Of a stretch of 64,000 nucleotides of DNA, positions 52,964 to 64,000 are shown in pieces. How positions within the stretch are numbered: position 1 is the stretch's first letter; each line of letters begins with the position of its first letter. Source of the DNA: Octopus vulgaris. Lineage: Eukaryota. A program made the translations under genes and the position numbers. The notes beneath the pieces were generated by a model, which searched no databases, was not told the DNA's origin, and saw only the letters and a list, made by a program, of their open reading frames with translations. The DNA lies in NCBI GenBank assembly GCA_951406725.2, contig OX597816.1, positions 20,212,001 to 20,276,000 of the forward strand, given 5' to 3'.

Positions 52964-53723
52964 CACACGCATGAATGTATATATGTGTAAATGCATGTGT
53001 GTACGTGCATATTGCGTGTACACGAGTTAAGTAAGCAAATATTTGACCCAACACGCGAAGCACAATCAAGGTTATCGACATGCAATTATAGCACGTGTTG
53101 TAGAAGAAATTATCCATTCCGTGCGCCAAACAAATCTAAACAAATCTTTATTTATTTACTTCTCTATACGGTTTGTTTCCTTTAGCATGTACAAGATATA
53201 CCGGACTAAATGACGATGCAATATGTTAGATATTTAGCGCTGTATGGATGCCTCAGCTGCATTTGAATATCAATCTGATATGGAAGTTCTTGTTTTCTTT
53301 CATATATTCAATACATATGCAGAAATGCGATAGTCTTAGCAGCTTCCCACGTGAAATTATAAGCATGTAACAAAGATTTGCCCATTTCGCAGCTTCTGTT
53401 GTCGTGCGAAAGAAATGTGATTTAACGTTTTCATAACTTGACAGATTTCTCTCAACGCGAATAACTTGCAATCAACTGAGGCATAGCTATGTGGTTAAGA
53501 AGCTCGCTTAGTAACTGTTTTCGAGTTCAATTTCTCTGCATAGCAACTTGAATTATCGTTTTCTGCTATAGCTTCTGTCTGATCAGGACCTTATTAGGAA
53601 GTTCATCCTGTGTGTGAGTGTATGTATGTGCGTGTGTATATTTCTGCTTGTGTGTCTGTGTTTGTGTGCATATATATATATGTATGTGTGTGTGCATGTG
53701 TGTGAGTGAGTGAGTGAGTGTGT

Positions 53724-54024
53724 GTTTGCTCCTTCCCGAGCCATGCTTGGCTCATAAGGGCCGGTCTCCCGGTTTCCTTGGCGTATAGGTTTCCCACCTG
53801 GACGGGACGCCGGTCTATCGCAGGTGAGTTGCCAGATGCAGGAGGAAAGAGTGAGAGAATGTTGAGGCGAAAGAGTCAGCAGAGGTTCGCCATTACCTTC
53901 TGCCGGAGCCGTCTGGAGCTTAGGTGTTTCGCTCATAAACACACGCATCTCCTGGTATGAGATTCGAACCCGCGATCCCTCGAACGCGAGTCCGCGGCTC
54001 TAACCACTAGGCCATGTGCCTCCA
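53724..54024 (-). mobile_element. SINE family B, nested in a degenerate SINE E (53478-54175)
   Basis: Matches 43080-43381. Confidence 0.9.
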
Positions 54025-54458
54025 CATTGTGTGTGTATGTATGTGTCCCTGTCAGTGTTTGTCTTCCCAACCGCTTAACAATTAGTTTTAGTTTGTTTCT
54101 CTCCCACCTCACTCCTCAAATTAGCGGTTCGGCAAATGCGGACGATAGAATAAGTAACAAACACAAACAAGTAAAAGATAAGGGATGAAACAAAGGATAA
54201 ACACGACAGCAATCTCATGAACTAAAGTCTGTATATCTAGGTTCTAGATTAATACTATACAGTATCGTCTGGCACAAGAGGGCGAAAAGCTCCTGTCGAA
54301 AGTTGAGCTTCCGTAAGATATAAAGATAACCGAAAATTTATTTTTATGCTTCACAGTAGCCGGTATGCGTTTGTAAAAGCTGCTACGCAGAATGAATTCT
54401 TGGTCTGTTTCTGTCTCCCTTATCTCCCTCTCTTTCTCTGTCATTCTCTCTTACTCTC

Positions 54459-54496
<38 letters not shown>

Positions 54497-55546
54497 CTTA
54501 CTCATACACACACCTACGCAGACACATCTTAGCATATGTCTCTGCATATTAACCCATAGAGAGCACCATTGTTGATTAAGCAACAATGTGAACGATTTCT
54601 TTCTATTGAACCGTGAATACTGAAGGCAGATCTAACCATTAGAAACTGGTTCTATGATACCCTAATTTATGATATCATTTTTCATAGCTTGTTCGCTGAA
54701 GGAAGGCAAAATGTCAAGAAAGATAGCACTAACGATATTTCAAAATAAACTGAAAATTAGTTTACAAAATTTAATATTAGGACTTCAATAAAAAAAATGT
54801 CCCTACACAATCAAAAGCCGACTATTACGACCTATGTGCTTTTAGTTTAAAATAAAAGCCTCAGTAATGAGAACAAAATGCAGGATTCAAAGCTTACGTA
54901 ATGTTCAATGCAAAGCACACAGTTTTCTTTCAAAGTAAGAACACAGGGACATCATAAGAGAAAGAAGAATATATACAACAGTGAATATCTGGGATTTCTA
55001 AAGAAGCAGTTACTAAGCCTTCTTTCCATTAGATAGAATTTTCAGTATTACTAATCTCAAAGATTATACTACTTACGACCAGTTAATCTTTAGTAATATT
55101 TCTGCAAGATTAAATCCATTACCTGCATATTTTCATACCATATATATGAACTCCACAAACGTTTCTGGAGTGTAATCATATATTTGCGATTAACAATTCT
55201 TTCTGTGGATTTTGGAGTAGCAAGGATCCCATTTTCTACATTTATTATATTATATGAAATTTCGATTGTACCTCAGATAAGTTATTTCTTAATAGCTAGC
55301 GCCGTTTACGTCATTTAATCTTTATGTTAATATTTTAAAATGTGTAGATTATGTGGAAATCATTGAAATATAGTGAAAAACAAAGAAGCAACAAATAGCA
55401 ATTAATCTTTGGGATAACAGAAGTAGGCGGAAATTTAGAATTAATTTTTTAAAAATAAAACATATATAAAAATTATATTTATATATATAATCACACATTG
55501 TTGAATATAATCTGAGTTGATAAACAGAACACAGTAAAACTGATTC

Positions 55547-55614
<68 letters not shown>

Positions 55615-56499
55615 TAACCCATTAAATTCAGTTTGTGTAAAAATAACAAAGAAATCTGGAATAATGATAAAATATATTTCGAATTCTCGTAGAATGCAGG
55701 AATCATGTTTATAAAAATACGTGTTACTTGATGGAAAACCTATCTTGAAAGCAATAATCAATAAATAAATGCGCCCTTTTAAAGCCTAGCTAGGCTCATG
55801 GGACCGGTATTCCGGTTTCTATGGCATATGTGTTCCGCAGCTTGACGGGATGCCAGTCCATTGCAGCGTTACTCATTTTTGCCAGCTGAGTGGACTGTAG
55901 CAATGTGAAATGAAGTGTTTGGCAACAGGAAATTTATCTAAAAATGTGAATCAGTATTAAAATATTTCACAGAAGGGGGTTAAGATTTAAGGACTCCAGC
56001 AACAATTATTTTGTCAGTGTTGAATATAGGTAATGTTTTCCGAAGATAGAAATGGATATTTGAAAATGTGTGTGTTATAGCAAGTGCTAAATAATGATAA
56101 AATTATTGGTAGAAAATATGGTGTTATTGAAAACATCACAGCTGAAATGCGAAAGAATTGTTAAAAGTACGTTAAACTGTAATGAATTTCTAACCCACGA
56201 AATCGTGCAGTGGGAGGATGGCATATAAACGAAAACGTCGAGTGAAAATATTCTGGTATTGATGGTATTGATAAACTGCTGGAGTATCGGATGGGAATGT
56301 GAATGTTGTTATATTGGAATAATGAAATGTAATGTGTAATGTTGTTGGCAAGTACAATGACTAATAACAAGTTTAGATATATGTATAGCGAGGTTAAATT
56401 ATCACTTGAACAGAAAGGGTGCCTTGAGCAACGTAGAAAATACGTAATAAGAACCAATTTTTCATAGATAAATTAATGCTCTAGAATTGTAGAATGTGA

Positions 56500-57060
56500 C
56501 ATAAAAATCTCTGAAGGCATGTATCGATTATAAAAAAGGCACACGACATGATACCTCATTCATAGATAATAGAATTTTTATAGATGATAGAGATAACAAC
56601 GCATAGAAGAACGTCAAGTGTATGAGCGAATGAAATGTGAAAATGTAGAAAATATTAAGATCAATAGAAGAATCTTTTACAACGATAGATCATCCGATTT
56701 GCTTTTTAGGATATGCAAGATGCCGTTAAGACAGTTGCTAATAAAGAAAAGAAGTGTATAGATGTTTAATGGTAGAGAGCGTAAAGTAAATTACTTTCTC
56801 TTTATAGATGACTGGAAACTATTCGCAGAGAATGAAGATCAAATAGGCACTTTAGTACAAATATAGCATGGATTTAGAGAAGATGTTGAGATAGAATTTG
56901 GGATTAAAAACTATGGATCTGTGGTAATAAAAACATAAAAGACAGTTGAACGTTTTGGATTAAAATTATCAGATAGGGATACCATAAACCGTTAGATGGA
57001 GATGGCTATAAATACAGCTAGATAAGATTTAAAATTACACACAAAGGAATATTTTAGAAA
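56500..57060 (+). mobile_element. Highly degenerate R4/Dong RT fragment
   Basis: KVNYFLFIDDWKLFAENEDQIGTLVQ...EIEFGIKN at ~56780-56930. Confidence 0.6.
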
Positions 57061-57470
57061 GACACACTTCAAAGTATTAACTTAATGGTTGCATGACAAA
57101 AACCAGCACTAGCTATTAAGAAATACTGCTTTTGAGGTATATTGCAGAAATCGTATAATCTCAGGAAGGATTGTTGATCGCATATATATTATTACACTTC
57201 AAAATTGTTTGTAGAGTTCAGTTGTATAGTATTAAATTTTGCGGGTGATGGATTAAGGTATGAATAATGTACAGCAATTGAGGGAGGTTACTTGGATATG
57301 ATGAGGCTGAAAGATTCCTAAAGAGACACGGATCGTAAATAGTATGACTGTTGAGAGAAGTAATACTGAAAATTCTACACAGTCAGAATAATCATTTAGT
57401 AGATGTCTTGAAAACAGTATTGTTATGTCGCACGTTCGGATGACTTCTACTCAGCTCTACTCTCGACTGC

Positions 57471-57907
57471 GGATCTTTTCGGTTTGAACGGCAGTTTTTA
57501 ACATAATTTCTAGGTAACTATAAAAATTTTAAACTTCGTATACTTGTAGAATGCGTTTATAAAACATCTTTTTCTCTTGGCTTTATTGAGAAAATTCTAT
57601 GGTTTGTAAGATATTTGTTGTTGTTTTTTCTTTAATTTCTGCAATTTCAACCAATCAAATACGTCTATTGAGGTAAAAAAAAAAACATTCTGTGCCGTAT
57701 GAATATGTCCCTCGTTTAAGAAACAGATTGGGTTTATTACATTTGAGAAGAAAAAATATACCCTTCCCCCACCCCTAACCCTAACCCTAACTAACTCTAA
57801 CCCTAAAACAGATTGAAATGCAATAGATCGATACTAGGGTCATAATTACGGGTAACAATTTCATATGACACCGCTAGAAAAAACTGCCGTTCAAACCGAA
57901 AAGAATC
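57471..57907. mobile_element. MITE with GG-starting TIRs and 8 bp TSD (Merlin-like)
   Basis: TIR GGATCTTTTCGGTTTGAACGGCAGTTTTT; TSD TCGACTGC at 57463-57470 and 57908-57915. Confidence 0.85.
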
Positions 57908-58667
57908 TCGACTGCTACTCTTGTTGTTTTACAACTGCTTTCAGTAACTCTTCCATTTCGGTACTATTCGAAACCTCGCCTCCACTGTTATATCGCAATA
58001 CTACACAGTGTCTGTGTGAACTACGAAATCCTCGTCGCCACAGGTAAATCGCACGTTCCGACGACCTCTACTACTCTACTCTCCTCTTTTCTTTATAAGC
58101 CACAAGGGCTTAAAATAGAGGGGGTGACAAACAAGGACAGACAACACAAAACGTGGGGTACATAAAATATATAATGAAAATGTATGTGACAATAAAATTG
58201 AATGAAAAGAAATGCAATGGCTTACGAGCCCCCCAAAGCTCGCGGTTCCATTTTACTCTGCTCTATATTTACTTCTCCCTCTATATCTACGTATTGAGCT
58301 AGCCTACTTCATCGCCTGGGGGCGTCCACACAACAAGTATCATGGCAAAATAGAAGCTCACTTATATAAAAAAAATAAGTGAATATGTAGTTTCGGATAC
58401 ATAAACATTGGTGGTAGATATATTAAGCATGAGCCTGTAAGTAAATCACCTATTTTCCCGATAAATACATAGGTTCGGAGAATGAACTACGTTAAATAAG
58501 CTCACTGCAAATATTTTATAATATCGACAACCCAAAATTTAGATAACATCATTTAAAATGTAGCGCATCTGATTAGTATACGGAACCAGCTTGTTCAGAA
58601 GAAATTCACAACTGCATCAGTATTCCTGATAATGAATATCTTGGAGAGGTATCACTTCGGAAACTCG

Positions 58668-59072
58668 TGGCGTAGGAGTGGTTGTGTGGGAAGTAGCTTG
58701 CGTACCAACCACATGGTACCGGGTTCAGTTCCACTGCGTGGCATCTTGGGCAAGTGTCTTCTACTATAGCCTCGGGACGACCAAAGCCTTGTGAGTGGAT
58801 TTGGTAGACGGAAACTGAAAGAAGCCCATCGTATATATGTATATATATATATGTGTGTGTGTGTTTGTGTGCCTGTGTTTGTCCCCCCAACATCGCTTGA
58901 CAACCGATGCTGGTGAGTTTACGTCCAGGTAACTTAGTGGTTCGGCAAAAGAAACCGGTAGAATAAGTACTAGGCTTACAAAGAATACTTCCTGGGGTCG
59001 ATTTGCTCGCCCAAAGGAGGTACTCCAGCATGACCGCAGTCAAATGACTGAAACAAGTAAAAGAGTAAAAGT
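58668..59072 (+). mobile_element. SINE family E
   Basis: Full length; tail GACTGAAACAAGTAAAAGAGTAAAAG. Confidence 0.92.
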
Positions 59073-59529
59073 GATAGTTACGTACAGAGACAAGCAAGTA
59101 AAACTTAGTCTAAAAATGTGAACATAAATTGTGTATTCTATCTCATCCTCCATTACAAGAATAAGACTGTGGAATAATAGGTAGAATATTAATAATGATG
59201 ATGAAAATTTGTAGAAATGCCAGGATCTCTAAAGTGAAACTGAAAATATGAGTTACCGAAATGATACGTATAATAATAATGGTGCTACTTTTGGTACTAC
59301 TGTCTCCCAGAGAACAACAAATAATCATTTGAAATAGAAGTCTTAATTAGAAGAGACGAACTACCAAATAACTAATCTATTAGATGATGGTTGTGTATAT
59401 TATGAGAGGTATTAAACATAGAATGAAAACCAAATAAATTATTGTGATATAGGAAGGAAGAAAGGAAACTACCTGTGTTCATTCTGTAACCCTTTAAAAT
59501 GGAAGATAAGAAAGTTCATTTTTGGCACT

Positions 59530-59881
59530 TGATGCTTTCGGAACCTGACAAAAATTGCTGCAGCACAGCTAGGATGTATTACCCCACCCTCCATATTCAC
59601 TAGATATTGCTCCTTCGGATTTCCATTTATTCAAGTTCCTGCAGAATAGTCTTAATGGTAAAAGTTTCAATTCTTTGGATGACGTAAAAAGATACCTTGA
59701 TGAATTCTTTGCTATGGAACCACGTCAATTCTGGGAAGAGGGTATTTTCAAGTTAAAGGAAAGATAGAGACGCATTGTGCAACAAAATGGTTCATATTTT
59801 GTTGATTAAAAATGTAATGGCAAGTATCTATTGAGCTTTTTCTTTCCTTTAAAAATCGGAACGAACTTTCCGGACAACCCT
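59530..59881 (+). mobile_element. mariner 3' fragment
   Basis: LPHPPYSLDIAPSDFHLF...FWEEGIFKL...QNGSYFVD then TIR-like CGAACTTTCCGGACAACCC-TA. Confidence 0.85.
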
Positions 59882-60758
59882 ATAACTCAATGACGATTAG
59901 TATACTATTACTAACATTTACAGGTTTCAAGAAGATTATCATGTCCGAATTCGAACTGTGATATCATAAACCCATAATGACGAATCCTAAAAGCGTATTT
60001 GTTATATTAGGAATTAAATCGTTCGGTAAATTCGATCTCGCCATCACTTTTTTTCTATAACTCTATCAACTGCAGGTGTAATCGTATCCATACGTTTGCA
60101 CAATACTCAAGTAGCTCCGATCGATACTCCTTTACATTTGACCATGTATGCAGAACATTAAAGAGAGAAACTAGATCCAAATAAACCTGAAAATATTTTC
60201 TGACACGGAGGCAAAATGTTATAGCTTGAGTGCTGTTATGGAGTTTGACGTTTTTATCTTTACACGTGCGACTTTCTGTCAATGCGTGATGATCAATTCG
60301 GAAAGCTCAGACAATGAAATTATTTGCAACGAAATATGTGCAGCAGTATTACGTGTGCCAATAACGATGAACGAATATAATGTGTGACAATAAAGCATTA
60401 GTCATAGCAAAAGTTGTAATATGGATTAGAATACAACTGAATATTAAACATACGTTAACAGTTCAAATTGTAGACAATAATTTGGACGTTGACAATAAGG
60501 AAGTTATAAGAAATTTACAAATAAGCCAGAAAGAAAAAAAACTATTATCAGTCGTCATGATACATGTCTATGAAGATGACACATGATGTGCGTACTTCAC
60601 GAAACAGAAAAGACAAAGACAGCTGATGCAACTGGAGATCTTCTATAAGACCTTTACAATAATGGGAAACTAAACAGGAAAAGCACCCAACTATAAATCT
60701 GAGTGTAAAGCTGATAGGTTTCATTAAATAGAAAAAGAACATCTACTAGGAATATTTA

Positions 60759-61055
60759 GTGGAGGCACATGGCCTAGCAGTCAGAGCAGCGGTCTCAGTA
60801 TCGCGGGTTCGAATCTCAGACCGGACAATGTGTGTGTTTATGAGCGAAACACCTAAGATCCACGCGGCTCCGGCAGAAGGTAATGGCGAACTTCTGCTGA
60901 CTCTTTCGCCACAACTTTCTCACACTCTTTCCTCCTGCATCTTGCAGCTCACCTGAACTGGACCGGCGTCCCGTCCAGGCGGGGAACCTATACGCCAAAA
61001 AACCGAGTAACCGACCCTTATGAGCCAGGGATGGCTCGAGAAGGAACAACAACAA
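60759..61055 (+). mobile_element. SINE family B
   Basis: Full length; TSD ACTAGGAATATTT. Confidence 0.92.
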
Positions 61056-61249
61056 ACTAGGAATATTTCGTAGATTTATTTAGACTAAAATCGTTGGCGC
61101 TTTGCATTAGTTGCAAAAAGGACAATCGCACTTTAGGACCGCGTTCAAATACATACTCTTAAAAACAATCAAACAAACAAAACTAAATATGCGAATCAAA
61201 CTTTCGTGAGTAATCTCATGAAACCATAGACCATATCTTGGCTGTATAT

Positions 61250-61473
61250 ATTTCTTTACTACCCACAAGGGGCTAAACACAATTGTGACAAACAAGAACA
61301 GACAAACGGATCAAGTCGATTAGATCGACTCCAGTGCGTAACTAGTAATTAATTTATCGACCCCGAAAGGATGAAAGGCAAAGTCGACTTCGGCGGAATT
61401 TGAACTCAGAACGTAACGAAATACGGCTACGCATTTCGCCTAGCGTGCTAACGCTTCTGCCAGCTCGCCGCCT
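61250..61473 (-). mobile_element. SINE family A
   Basis: Full length; flanking ATATCTTGGC.GTATAT duplication. Confidence 0.92.
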
Positions 61474-62261
61474 TATATCTTGGCAGTATATATCATGCAA
61501 TGAATACATGAGGAAATATCTAGAGATCTAACAGTTTATCCATATATATCTACCGGAAAATATTTATGCAAATTTAAACCCAGCAGATGAAAATATTACA
61601 CGAGATGTACCACAGTGATATTGCTGTGAAATAGAATCTCTACGACTCTCATGAATGTGCCGTTGCATACAGTGAATAAGATAGGTGCAAACACAAATAA
61701 AATAGTTACAAAAATCTCATCAAATAGACACAATATGTTGTAAAGTTTTTGGCACGGCTTATCCAACAGACACTAACATCTGAATTGTAAAAAATGTGCT
61801 CGAAAATCCTACCAAATATAAAATCATAAAAATATTTTTAAAAAATCAGATATATGGAATATTGACAGAGTGATTATAGCACTGGCGGGAGCAGTGAAGC
61901 GACATATAATATCGAAATAAAAAAAATAATAATATTTCTACATGTGAAGTTAGGAATATAGAGTTCCGATGCAATAGATGCTTTTCGTTTCTTCCAAGAA
62001 AAAGTATCAGAAAAGCAAAAATAGAAATTCTTGTAATGTCAAACCACTCTGTTTGACTTACAAGAACGATATCAATCATATACGACTAACGAAAATCTAA
62101 AGACTGCTGCTACTGATGCTGATGTGACTACTACTACTGCTGCTGATGCGACTACTACTACTACTACTAGTAGTAGTACTCCTTCTGCTACAATTAGTAT
62201 TTTTAATACTAATATAACAAAAACTAGTAATAAAAGAATTACTATTACTTCTGCTGCTGTA

Positions 62262-62316
<55 letters not shown>

Positions 62317-62818
62317 GTGTGAGCGAGCAGAGCATGCCATCAAAGTGACACTGGGGTAAAATATACGAAGCCCAGTATACCCATCATGACTACCCGTCTG
62401 ATAAGGGTACACGAGGCACATGCATCACAACCATATGTGCGCGACATGGTGATCTCATATCAAGATAAACAGCACATGACCTTGCAGGTGGAGCCCAGTT
62501 AGAATTTTCTTCAGATCGAGTAACCCATCCCGCTCAAAAGGTCCCCGAATAAGGGTTGTTTAAGGACGTTGAACGAAACACCCATGTTTCCAGAGGTGAA
62601 TTATTCAAACCCCAAAGAATCCTTCTCAACACATGGCTATGATGCTCCCCCACTACTTCTGCTCGTGATCAGAGATGCACATATCGTCAGCCACTAAGGG
62701 ACATGCTCAACTGGTTATGGTCAAACAACTGACAAGCAAATCTGTGGTATTGAGCAGAATATTTGCTGTAGCCCATCTTTTATACCAAGACAAAACAATG
62801 TACATGATAACACTTCCA

Positions 62819-62820
<2 letters not shown>
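62317..62820 (-). mobile_element. Non-coding element inserted in (TTA)n (copy 2)
   Basis: (TTA)n at 62262-62316 and 62821-62899; overlaps in sequence with 1-204. Confidence 0.8.
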
Positions 62821-62886
<66 letters not shown>

Positions 62887-63002
62887 CATTATTATTATTG
62901 CCTTTGCACAATTTCTAACACTGGAGATGTACAATTCTGTCAGCTGTTCATTACCAGTGAACTAAGGTAACACCTCTTATTTTTCAAGCACTTTCCGCTC
63001 AG

Positions 63003-63545
63003 CGGCAATTCGTCTGTCTTTATGTTCTGAGTTCAAATTCCGCCGAGGTCGACTTTGCCTTTCAACCCTTTCGGGGTAGATAAATTTAGTACTAGTTACA
63101 CACTTCGTCTGTCCTTGTTTGGCCCCTCCATATTTAGCCCCTTGTGGGCAATTATGAAATAAGAAACGTTAGGACGCCGGGCGAAATGCGTGGCCGTATT
63201 TCGTTTGCCGTTACGCTCTGAGTTCAAATTCCTCCGAGGTCGACTTTGCCTTTCATCCTTTCTGGGTCGATAAATTAAGTACCAGTTATGCACTGGGGTC
63301 TATATAACCGACTTAATACCTTTGTCTGTCCTTGTTTGTCCTCTCTGTGTTTACCCCCTTGTGGGCAGTAAATAAATAGATATGTCGTCTGTCTTTAGGC
63401 TCTGAGTTCAAATTCCGCTGAGCTCGACTTTGCCTTTCATCCTTTCGGGGTCGATAAATTAAGAACCAGTTGCGTACTGGATTCGATCTAATCGACTAGC
63501 CACACCCCTAAAAAAAATTTCCGGCTTTGTGCCTAGAGTAGAAGA
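63003..63545 (+). mobile_element. SINE family A multimer
   Basis: Three GTTCAAATTCC...GACTTTGCCTTTCA units. Confidence 0.88.
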
Positions 63546-63725
63546 AAATATTTTGCAGAGAGGAATGAAAGAATATTTCACCACTAAATAACAGAAGCGC
63601 CTCAAACTTTCTTGAAGTCGCAGGTCAAGGCAAGGAATCTTGTAACTGCCATCAATACTCGCACTGTCGCTGTAGATCGCTATAGTGAAACCATTTTGAG
63701 ATGGACACGAGTGGAAATTGGCCAA
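63546..63725 (+). mobile_element. Degenerate Dong RT-thumb fragment
   Basis: LKSQVKARNLVTAINTRTVAVDRYSETILRWT. Confidence 0.55.
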
Positions 63726-63834
63726 CACTATCTGGGCCATTATCTTTCAGACTAAAAAGATGTTACAGTACCGTAATACATCTCCAGCATTAGAAACTGT
63801 GCAAAGATAATAAAATAATAATAATAATTTAAAA

Positions 63835-64000
63835 ATTTGGGCACAAGTCACTAATATTCTGAGCTGAGGTTCAAGTCGATTACATCATCCACATTGCTCA
63901 AGTTGTATATACTTGATTTGCTATATTTTGTCTACCCCGAGATGATGAAAGGGAAAATCGGCCTTGGCGGAATTTGAACTCAGAACGTAAAGATGGTCTA
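63835..64000 (-). mobile_element. Degenerate SINE family A (runs off window)
   Basis: GGCGGAATTTGAACTCAGAACGTAA motif. Confidence 0.7.

Overview
AT-rich eukaryotic DNA made up mostly of microsatellites and decayed transposons. The SINE/LINE repertoire suggests a coleoid cephalopod, probably Octopus (inference). No intact host gene is recognisable; a few minus-strand exon candidates are weak. Recognisable elements: R4/Dong-type RLE LINE pieces associated with (TAA)n, a near-complete mariner (D,D34D), a 5'-truncated CR1-type RT, a gag/ORF1-only element with a CCHC knuckle, Penelope-like RT and GIY-YIG fragments, a Hero-like RLE fragment, an RTE fragment, a Helitron Pif1-helicase fragment plus two non-autonomous Helitrons, three MITEs and about 30 tRNA-derived SINE copies with shuffled heads and tails. 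The main unexplained signal is at least six unrelated short element families that each carry a minimal type I hammerhead-ribozyme fold. Their cores are CUGAUGA, CUGAAGA/CCGAAGA, GUGAACA, UUGAUAA, CCGAGGA and CUGUAGA, so positions 3 and 8 covary as C-G, G-C and U-A. Most sit in (TA)n tracts and several are fold-back palindromes. One family places a tRNA-like Pol III head just upstream of the hammerhead, behind Penelope coding fragments. All folds and alignments were done by eye, and boundaries are approximate.
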